In this document: one piece after another, positions 14,795 to 21,941 of the stretch
Position numbering within the stretch: the stretch's first letter is position 1
Layout of the letters: every line of letters begins with the position of its first letter
Assembly: GCA_004524445.1 (NCBI GenBank)
Contig: SDNP01000039.1
Span: 1 to 21,941 of the forward strand
DNA: 21,941 nt
Origin: Candidatus Thorarchaeota archaeon
GTDB taxonomy: Archaea; Asgardarchaeota; Thorarchaeia; Thorarchaeales; Thorarchaeaceae
Direction of reading: 5' to 3'
The notes under the pieces: generated by a model
Told to the model about the DNA's origin: nothing
Databases searched by the model: none
What the model saw: only the letters and a program-made list of their open reading frames with translations
Made by a program: the position numbers and the translations under genes

Positions 14795-16489
14795 ATGAAT
14801 CCACTAATAGTTCAGTCCGACAAATCAGTATTACTTGAAGTCGATAATCCGAAGTACGAGGATGCGAGAGATTCTCTTGCCAGATTCGCAGAGTTAGTGA
14901 AGTCTCCTGAGTACGTTCATACCTATAGAATAACACCACTATCATTATGGAATGCTGCTGCAATGGGCATGTCAGCAAGAGAAGTTGTTGACGCACTTCA
15001 GGAGTTTGCCAAATATCCTATTCCGAGTAATATCTCGAAAGATGTAATCGAGTACATGGGAAGGTACGGTCAGCTTACTCTTGAGAAAATCGGCGAAGAT
15101 ATGGTCCTAGTGGCCGCTGACGAAGAACTGGCAATTGAGATTTGGCAGAGTAAGGGTGTCAGAGCGCACATTATTGAACCAGTTGATAGAAAGACATTCT
15201 TAGTTGATCCTGCAAAGAGAGGTTTCTTGAAACAAGCACTGATTGAGATAGGTCACCCAGTTGAGGACCTCGCAGGCTATGTTGAGGGCGAACCACTACA
15301 TTTCGATTTGCGAGAAGAAACACTTAGTGGGAATGAGTTTGGTCTTCGAGATTATCAACAGGACGCAGTTGACACTTTCTATGCTGGAGGAGGAGTCAAG
15401 GGTGGCTCCGGTGTAGTAGTGTTGCCTTGTGGTGCTGGAAAAACAATGGTCGGGATTGGTGCTATGCATAAATTGCAAACATCAACCATTATTCTCTGCC
15501 CAAACACAGTCGCGGTCCGACAATGGATTGCTGAATTATTAGATAAGACAACATTGACAGAAGACGAGATAGGAGAGTATACGGGCGACCGGAAAGAGAT
15601 TCGTCCGGTTACTGTTGCTACCTATCAGATACTGACCTTTCGAAAATCCAGAGAGCATGATTTTGAGCACTTTGAAATCTTCAATGCTAGGCCCTGGGGC
15701 TTGACAATATATGACGAGGTGCATCTCTTGCCAGCCCCTGTCTTCCGTGTCACAGCGAATCTGCAGGCCACACGCCGACTCGGACTGACGGCAACTTTAG
15801 TTCGAGAGGATGAGAGAGAGGAGGAGGTATTCAGCCTTATTGGTCCCAAACGGTTTGATATGCCTTGGAAGATGCTTGAGAATAAGGGATGGATAGCAAC
15901 CGCAGTATGCTATGAGATTCGTATTGAATTGCCAGAAAAGATGAGAAGAAAATATGCGGTTACAGAAGACCGAAGGAAATATCGGATTGCCGCTGAAAAT
16001 CCCAAGAAAATTGGAATTATCAAGCAAATAGTCAATTATCATGAGGGAGATAATATTCTCGTTATCGGGATGTATATTCGTCAGCTAAAAGCGATTGCAG
16101 AGGAACTGGACGTACCACTAATTACAGGAAAGACGAGTAATGAGGATAGGCAAAAGCTCTACCGTGCATTTGGCGAAGGTCGAGAAAAAGTACTCGTTGT
16201 TTCAAAGGTGGCAAACTTCGCCATCGACTTGCCGGATGCCAACGTCGCAATACAAGTTTCTGGAACTTTTGGTTCCAGACAGGAAGAGGCGCAGCGTTTA
16301 GGTCGCCTTTTGAGACCCAAATCGGATGGCAGCTATGCGCGATTCTATTCTATTGTAACCAAAGACACGCGGGACATGGAATTTGCAGCAAAGAGACAGC
16401 TTTTCCTAACTGAGCAGGGATACCAGTATGTGATTGCGTCAGAAGATGAATACATTTGGGAAAAACCGCCTGAGCTGTTCTTTCAATAG
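14795..16489 (+). CDS. xpb: XPB/Ssl2/ERCC3-family SF2 DNA helicase with N-terminal Helicase_C_3-type domain
   Basis: PLIVQSDKSVLLEV...FAELVKSPEYVHTYRITPLSLWNA; LRDYQ; LPCGAGKT; DEVH; LGLTATLVRED (RED motif); GSRQEEAQRLGRLLRPK; KRQLFLTEQGY. Confidence 0.92.
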   Translation: MNPLIVQSDKSVLLEVDNPKYEDARDSLARFAELVKSPEYVHTYRITPLSLWNAAAMGMSAREVVDALQEFAKYPIPSNISKDVIEYMGRYGQLTLEKIGEDMVLVAADEELAIEIWQSKGVRAHIIEPVDRKTFLVDPAKRGFLKQALIEIGHPVEDLAGYVEGEPLHFDLREETLSGNEFGLRDYQQDAVDTFYAGGGVKGGSGVVVLPCGAGKTMVGIGAMHKLQTSTIILCPNTVAVRQWIAELLDKTTLTEDEIGEYTGDRKEIRPVTVATYQILTFRKSREHDFEHFEIFNARPWGLTIYDEVHLLPAPVFRVTANLQATRRLGLTATLVREDEREEEVFSLIGPKRFDMPWKMLENKGWIATAVCYEIRIELPEKMRRKYAVTEDRRKYRIAAENPKKIGIIKQIVNYHEGDNILVIGMYIRQLKAIAEELDVPLITGKTSNEDRQKLYRAFGEGREKVLVVSKVANFAIDLPDANVAIQVSGTFGSRQEEAQRLGRLLRPKSDGSYARFYSIVTKDTRDMEFAAKRQLFLTEQGYQYVIASEDEYIWEKPPELFFQ

Positions 16490-16495
16490 ATTCCA

Positions 16496-17356
16496 CTATG
16501 ATGAGTTTCCAGCATCAAATCTAGTTATGCCCTTGGCAAGATCTCGAATCTCATCTAAACTCAATCTCTTCAATCCATAAGAACCAACCTCAAAAGTAAT
16601 CCACATTGGATTGTGAGGGGCTCCTTTTACTTTGGTGATGCGAAATTGCTTCAGTAGAAGTCCAGCATTCTGAACGACCGGTTCATGCCTTGTATCAATT
16701 ATAATGTCGCTAGAGTAGGTCAGCATGTCGTCATAGGTGGCAAATTGCTGTAGACCTGTATGATAGGTAGCCCAACAGGGAATAACTTGGTCCTTACAGA
16801 AAGTTGCTCGCCATGCCTTCAAAGCATTTACAGCCTTGTAAGGATGTGACTGAAAGAACATCTCCGTGATGCTGTCCATATAGATACCTCCGATTTCATT
16901 CTGTTCTTCATCACGCACCACTGTATGAAGAACATCGCTTATTTCATCTGGGTCAGAGGGGTTTCTAACTATCGTTGTGTGATCATATTTGGTCATCCGT
17001 CTGAGAATATGACTTGAGAAGCAATCTATCAGGTGAATTGTTTCATCATTGAGCAGTGTTTTGTAGTCCCAGCCTAGTGATGATAGATTCTGAAGGATTG
17101 CAATCGGTGTATCTTCTAGGCAAACGAATATGACCTTTTTTCCTGATTCCATCATTCGGATTGCCATCTCATTCAATAATGCTGATTTTCCCCCTCCACC
17201 TGGACCACGGATGACACCAAAAGCATTCTTCGGAAAGCCTTTGGGAACTTCAGAATCCAAAACCTCAATATTGCTTAGATAATGTTCTCGTCCCTTCCTG
17301 AGCATATCTTCCAAACTCAATTCAATGACCAACGTTATGACTCTGCCTAGCAACAA
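16496..17356 (-). CDS. KaiC/RAD55-like RecA-superfamily ATPase
   Basis: Walker A GPGGGGKS, CLED, IDCFS, Walker B YMDSIT and ITKVKGAPH. Exact start uncertain. Confidence 0.85.
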   Translation of the reverse strand: MLLGRVITLVIELSLEDMLRKGREHYLSNIEVLDSEVPKGFPKNAFGVIRGPGGGGKSALLNEMAIRMMESGKKVIFVCLEDTPIAILQNLSSLGWDYKTLLNDETIHLIDCFSSHILRRMTKYDHTTIVRNPSDPDEISDVLHTVVRDEEQNEIGGIYMDSITEMFFQSHPYKAVNALKAWRATFCKDQVIPCWATYHTGLQQFATYDDMLTYSSDIIIDTRHEPVVQNAGLLLKQFRITKVKGAPHNPMWITFEVGSYGLKRLSLDEIRDLAKGITRFDAGNSS

Positions 17357-17377
17357 ATCAATCTATTGGGGGTGGAT

Positions 17378-17848
17378 TTACGAGGCAAAACTAAATTTCC
17401 ATATATCTTGCAGTTGGATGGAATAGTAGCTGACAGATGATAGACACATGCCAAAAGAAAGCGCTATCGTGAGGGTTATGGATGGCATTAAAGCATTGGC
17501 CTGCAAAGAGTATTCCCCCAATACGTAAAAGGCAAACAAATATGTCGTTAGGCTCATCAAGAGAGCCGATAGCATAAGTAGAAACAGGACGGCGTATGCC
17601 ATCCGATGAAGTATCCAGCCGATTTCAGTTTCCTTGTCCACGTACATGATCACGAGAATCAACTGGCCAAAGAGGAACACTAAAGCAAAAACGACTGAAA
17701 TTGATGTGATAACCTGGAAGACAACATTCCCCATCGCACCTAATAAAGATGAAATGATCGATATCACCAAAATCAGAAAAGTCACTAAGGCATAATTCCG
17801 GTGTAGGTGTCCCTCATCAAGTAGTCGTTTTGCATCCAAATTCATCAA
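17378..17848 (-). CDS. Hypothetical 4-TM membrane protein
   Basis: Four hydrophobic segments; start overlaps the hydrolase stop codon. Confidence 0.7.
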   Translation of the reverse strand: MMNLDAKRLLDEGHLHRNYALVTFLILVISIISSLLGAMGNVVFQVITSISVVFALVFLFGQLILVIMYVDKETEIGWILHRMAYAVLFLLMLSALLMSLTTYLFAFYVLGEYSLQANALMPSITLTIALSFGMCLSSVSYYSIQLQDIWKFSFAS

Positions 17849-19158
17849 TCCTCAAGAAGTTCTAGAGCCATAAAGCGTTCTACATAGTAGGTTGAAATCT
17901 GACCTCCAAAACCATTGAAGTCATAGTCAAAACCATGTCCCGCCCAAGGGATAGTGACCAAGATGCACTTATCTCCAAGGCTCAATGCATATTCATAGAA
18001 ACTCAAACCTTGGGTTTCATAGTCAGCTAACCCGTCCTTGCTGCCATGAAGAATCATAATGGGTGGCACAACGCTGCTATTTGTTATTAGGTTCGCAGCG
18101 AAGAGCTTCGTATATTGATCCTCAATTGGCAAGTCACCTTTCACTAGCGCATCAAATAGTCCTGATGAACCCCTAGTTACATTCGTCACCGGATAGTACC
18201 AGATCCCTCCTTCTATTTTCATGCCTGTTGAAAAATTGCCTTCGTATAGAGGGTTCTTGTAACCCAAGGTAACCAATGAAGCCAAATGCCCCCCAGCGGA
18301 TCTGCCTGCCACGAAGACGTGATCGATATCTGCTTTGTATTTAGATCTGTTCAACTCCAAGACCTTAGTGAATTCACCCACATTCTCGATTTGGGCTTCC
18401 ATCGTGTAACTTCTGTTATAATTGGGGGAAATGTCAAAGCCTAGATTGGCAAATGAAGAGAGAGCTGTGCTTTGATCTTCTGGCAGTGTGTCGGGGTCAA
18501 AAAGACCATACTGGATGTCGAAAATGGCATACCCTTTGGACGCAAAATAATGATTGAACAAAGGAATATTCGAGAAGCCCTTGTTTCCAATTACCCAAGC
18601 TCCACCATGAATTGTTATTATAACCGGGAAAGGCCCTTCGCCAACAGGGCAGTACCAGTCAAAATACAGCGTGTCATCACCATTATCCAAGTATGGAATA
18701 TCATACTGAACTGAATATGTTGTTCCGTCAATGGAGAGCCCATAGAGGTCATCATAAAGAGAATATGGAACCTGTTTCATACCCGTTGTGTCTAGGTTGT
18801 CATAGAGTTCCCCATATACCTCCTGCATCTGTGACTCTGCATCAGATATCCCCAGTGGGATTGCTGCGTAGGGAAGAATCATCCCAATGAAGATAAATGT
18901 GCAAACAATGGATACGAGAAAAATCTCCCTTTTCTTGCTCAAAAACGAGAAGCGAATAATAATAAAGCCGCATCCAACAACCAGGATGAAAAGCATTGGT
19001 GCGATGCTCGGGTAGAACATGGCAATAAGCCATCCAAGGGTGGAGGACTCCAAGAAAAGATAGAGTATCGTAACGACACTAAGAATACCTAACCACAGAT
19101 AGCATAAGAAAAGGATCATGAATCTTAGCACCCTTTTTCCGTCTGCGATAATCTCCAT
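17845..19158 (-). CDS. Membrane-anchored alpha/beta hydrolase (HSL-like esterase/lipase)
   Basis: Three N-terminal TM helices; HGGAW oxyanion motif; GRSAGG nucleophile; HGSKD (Asp); AGHGFD (His). GGGGGAG SD upstream. Confidence 0.9.
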   Translation of the reverse strand: MEIIADGKRVLRFMILFLCYLWLGILSVVTILYLFLESSTLGWLIAMFYPSIAPMLFILVVGCGFIIIRFSFLSKKREIFLVSIVCTFIFIGMILPYAAIPLGISDAESQMQEVYGELYDNLDTTGMKQVPYSLYDDLYGLSIDGTTYSVQYDIPYLDNGDDTLYFDWYCPVGEGPFPVIITIHGGAWVIGNKGFSNIPLFNHYFASKGYAIFDIQYGLFDPDTLPEDQSTALSSFANLGFDISPNYNRSYTMEAQIENVGEFTKVLELNRSKYKADIDHVFVAGRSAGGHLASLVTLGYKNPLYEGNFSTGMKIEGGIWYYPVTNVTRGSSGLFDALVKGDLPIEDQYTKLFAANLITNSSVVPPIMILHGSKDGLADYETQGLSFYEYALSLGDKCILVTIPWAGHGFDYDFNGFGGQISTYYVERFMALELLED

Positions 19159-19459
19159 TTTGCTTCAATCTCCCCCTATGGACTCGCAGTGTTATAATAC
19201 TCACTAATTGAATCTCAGAGAAATAGGCAAGCAAAGAATGAGGTTTTGTTTCCAAAATTAGCCATTTTGTACTTCGCTCATATCTTAGGGCATTTCAGAA
19301 AGCCCTGAAGGTTCAGACTGTGATTTAGTTCGCTACAAAATACGACTTTTGTAATGAGAGTTCAGGTGAGCCATCGGAATCAAGCGCAGACACAATTGCT
19401 TTATATTATATAATAATAGCAACAAATGATACCTATCTTGATATAGGAGCGTTCAAAGA

Positions 19460-19705
19460 TTGAATGAGCTAAATAGACGGGAGGACAGCTCTAGCACCAG
19501 TTCAACACTACTCAAAATAAGGCAAGAAGCATTGGGAAAGGCCTTCAATGAGATTGGTAAGAGGAGATTTGAACTCGATGAGAAGTTGGACAATGGATGG
19601 ATTTCAAAAGAGGACTATCAGAAAGACCTCTTGAAACTGATTCTTGAAAGCCGAGAAATCCGCGATAAACAGCAGGAAATCAATGAGAAATTGGGGCTTG
19701 GATAG
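19460..19705 (+). CDS. Small helical/coiled-coil hypothetical protein
   Basis: 81 aa; AGGAG upstream of the TTG start; AT-rich TATA-like region at ~19400. Confidence 0.6.
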   Translation: MNELNRREDSSSTSSTLLKIRQEALGKAFNEIGKRRFELDEKLDNGWISKEDYQKDLLKLILESREIRDKQQEINEKLGLG

Positions 19706-19714
19706 TAGATACTT

Positions 19715-20692
19715 TCATGAATCGGCTAAGAATTCCTTTAACATAGCAATCTTCTCTCTAGTGTACTCCATGACTGCGGCAAATGCTTTGGGACTCGTTA
19801 GCCACGGCGAAACCAAATCCATTTCGGAATAACATAGCCTTTCTATACTCCATGCAACGAGAACCGCTAAGACCAAAGGAACCACCGCGAAGATGTCATC
19901 AAATGATATTCTACTAAATTTTGGCAGTTTGGGAATATCGGTCGGAGAATTGCTAGGGCTTTGTAAATACATGTAACATATGTCGTATGAGGGATCACCT
20001 ATGCAGCATTCTTCAAAATCTAGAAGAAATGCGCAGCTCCTCTTGAAGATGATATTACTTTCTTGGAGGTCGCCATGCATTGGTACTCGACTCCATTCAA
20101 TTAATGAAAGAGCCTTCTTAACTTCCATTTCCACAGAGAACAAGTCGGTGATAAGCTGCTCAAGGGCTGGAGAAGCAGTGTCCAGCAGTGATATTGTTGA
20201 CCTAACATCCCCAAATTTCTTTGCTAAGTAATCATCAGGTGTACTATAGGTCTGCAAGCCTGCAGGTGCTGACCCATTGAGAAGCATTAATGTTTCATCA
20301 AGCAATCTGGCCTTTTCCCAATTTAGTTCATTAAGAGAGTTGATGACCTCTCCTTGCAAATAGTTGAGTATTAGGAAGGGAGTATGTCTAGCATCTTCCA
20401 GCCGCCCCATTTGGATTGGCTCAGGCGCAATATCTAAAGCATTGAGTTCATGTAGAATCCGGTATTGGTAATCGTATGGATGATCGGCATATACAATACG
20501 AAAGGGTGGGAACTTGACCACAAACATGCCTTTTTCTGAACGTGCCAAAAGGTTGAGATTAGACCATCCGCCAAGAGTAGTGCCAGTGAAAGAAATCGCT
20601 CCTAGTTCATCCACCTGCGCCCGAAGCAAATCATTAAGGCGCGATAGGGAATGTCCATGTACATGTGTTGGAGCGCGTTTCATGACCATCAA
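19715..20692 (-). CDS. Aminoglycoside phosphotransferase / choline kinase-like protein
   Basis: LGGWSNLN, FVVK, HGDLQESNI (Brenner motif), LLDFEE and GDPSYD. Start uncertain. Confidence 0.82.
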   Translation of the reverse strand: MMVMKRAPTHVHGHSLSRLNDLLRAQVDELGAISFTGTTLGGWSNLNLLARSEKGMFVVKFPPFRIVYADHPYDYQYRILHELNALDIAPEPIQMGRLEDARHTPFLILNYLQGEVINSLNELNWEKARLLDETLMLLNGSAPAGLQTYSTPDDYLAKKFGDVRSTISLLDTASPALEQLITDLFSVEMEVKKALSLIEWSRVPMHGDLQESNIIFKRSCAFLLDFEECCIGDPSYDICYMYLQSPSNSPTDIPKLPKFSRISFDDIFAVVPLVLAVLVAWSIERLCYSEMDLVSPWLTSPKAFAAVMEYTREKIAMLKEFLADS

Positions 20693-20721
20693 AAGAGGAG
20701 TTTGCTTAAACTACTTAAAGG

Positions 20722-21030
20722 ATGACCATACGCAAGCCGCGTATGAACGGACGTCATCTACTCCTAATCTTGGCACATCTCTTCAGAAAGAAAGGCGGCA
20801 CTATGGACATAGAGGATGCTGTCGAGTTCCTTTCGTTTAGGTGCCGATATGCCAGGCCATCCGTAGTGCGACGAATGTTAACACTCGCATTGTCCAAAGG
20901 TATGATAGAGATAGATGATGATCAAATCAAGTCGAATTTCCTATTTGATCAGCAAGACCTTTCTCCTAACCAAGTTCACATCTTCAAGCAGGAGATTAGT
21001 GTGGACCGTTCAGTGAAACCCTTGCGCTAA
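20722..21030 (+). CDS. DUF2240-like archaeal protein
   Basis: ILAHLFRKKG...VEFLSF...PSVVRRMLTLALSKGMI...IKSNF resembles the DUF2240 N-terminal pattern. Alternative ATG at 20743. Confidence 0.6.
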   Translation: MTIRKPRMNGRHLLLILAHLFRKKGGTMDIEDAVEFLSFRCRYARPSVVRRMLTLALSKGMIEIDDDQIKSNFLFDQQDLSPNQVHIFKQEISVDRSVKPLR

Positions 21031-21941
21031 TCCATCTCTTCGGAATCCAAGTTGCCAAGTGAGGCAAGTAACGCTTCTAATTGTATAAAGGGATTCCTAG
21101 CCTGAGTCATTCTGAAATCGATTTCTGCAATTCGCTTCAAAGCTTTAGAGGTAACATTATTCTCAAGAGGCCGATTTACAAATTCCGCTTGAATTGCCAG
21201 AATGACTTTTTGCGGACTGTATCTCTCAAGCGCAAGAAGACTCCTAAGCTTTTGTCTAGCCCTGATGAATTTGCCAGCAAGAGATAATGATACAATTTCT
21301 CTTACCTCTGAAACCAGAGGGGTTTCTGAGTATTCGTACACAACATCTTCATTGACAAGCATACCTGTTGAACCAGATACTTGAAGCAAGTTTATTGCCC
21401 GTCTAAAATCACCATTGGACTCACGAGATATCGCATTTAGTCCTGACTCATCAATCTCTACATTCTCCTTGTCTGCGATATCCTGGACCAAATCCCGCAA
21501 GACCTTTTTTGACCCTGCTCTGAATTTCACGACTAAGCATCGAGATATTATAGCTGGATGCCAACCGGAAAGCGATGGAGTGATGAAGATGAACCGGGTG
21601 GCATCCGAGTATATCTCCATAGTGCGCCTTAGTGCTTGTTGCATGTTATTGTCCAGCGCGTCTGCTTCATCGAGCACGAGAATCTTCACAAGTTCATCGC
21701 TGACGGTGATTGTTGAGGCAAAGAGACTGATGGCTTCCTGCAACAATTGGCTTCGATTTGGATCCCCTGACTGCCCTCTTAGCTTTCGTGCAGCCTTGAC
21801 CTCTCTAAAAACAACGGACATATACTCGTCCAATTCACTTCTCTCATCTCGGCTAAGTTTGGCGATTTTCTTGATATTTCGTTTCGCCTTAGTAATCGGG
21901 TAGTTTCTAATGTCCCGAATATTGAGATTCTTGTAGTTTGA
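21027..21941 (-). CDS. rfcS: Replication factor C small subunit-like clamp-loader ATPase (5' end beyond the window)
   Basis: KILVLDEADAL (Walker B), QQALRRTMEIYS, IISRC (Arg finger), GDFRRAINLLQ and IAEIDFRM...IQLEALLA. The frame stays open from 21833 to the window end. Confidence 0.85.
   Translation of the reverse strand, partial: SNYKNLNIRDIRNYPITKAKRNIKKIAKLSRDERSELDEYMSVVFREVKAARKLRGQSGDPNRSQLLQEAISLFASTITVSDELVKILVLDEADALDNNMQQALRRTMEIYSDATRFIFITPSLSGWHPAIISRCLVVKFRAGSKKVLRDLVQDIADKENVEIDESGLNAISRESNGDFRRAINLLQVSGSTGMLVNEDVVYEYSETPLVSEVREIVSLSLAGKFIRARQKLRSLLALERYSPQKVILAIQAEFVNRPLENNVTSKALKRIAEIDFRMTQARNPFIQLEALLASLGNLDSEEMD

Noticed and set aside
16496-17356. Circadian KaiC
   Set aside because: Single ATPase domain with no kaiA or kaiB; a generic archaeal KaiC/RAD55-like protein.
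19159-19459. ncRNA or replication origin in the 300-nt intergenic region
   Set aside because: Only AT-rich TATA-like sequence is visible, consistent with divergent promoters. No tRNA fold, ORB repeats or adjacent cdc6 gene was recognised.
801-21903. Other short ORFs overlapping well-supported genes (e.g. 801-1229, 9922-10404, 14616-14996, 20514-20840, 21415-21903)
   Set aside because: They are antisense or alternative-frame shadows without motifs.

Overview
Gene-dense archaeal window. The archaeal assignment rests on an RFC small-subunit-like gene, DUF2240, a KaiC/RAD55 ATPase, a RIO kinase and TATA-like promoters. A membrane protein with PCI-like domains suggests Asgard archaea, possibly Thorarchaeota (inference). 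About 24 CDSs are supported, two of them truncated by the window edges. No rRNA, tRNA, CRISPR array or mobile element was recognised. The most interesting locus is 3319-8576. A PqqD/RRE-fused radical SAM-SPASM enzyme is transcribed divergently from a tight four-gene operon: unknown protein, RHH-like protein, 722-aa DUF2207-like membrane protein and metallophosphoesterase. The membrane protein ends in a predicted cytoplasmic 49-aa tail with 11 Cys and 9 His, made of CHSA x7 and CVSHD x2. This suggests a RiPP-like modification system whose substrate is the tail of a large membrane protein rather than a small peptide. A second notable element is an unannotated 22-aa upstream ORF with a perfect Shine-Dalgarno (SD) and inverted repeats, lying upstream of the RIO kinase-wHTH pair. 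All family calls come from motif recognition by eye, not from database searches.
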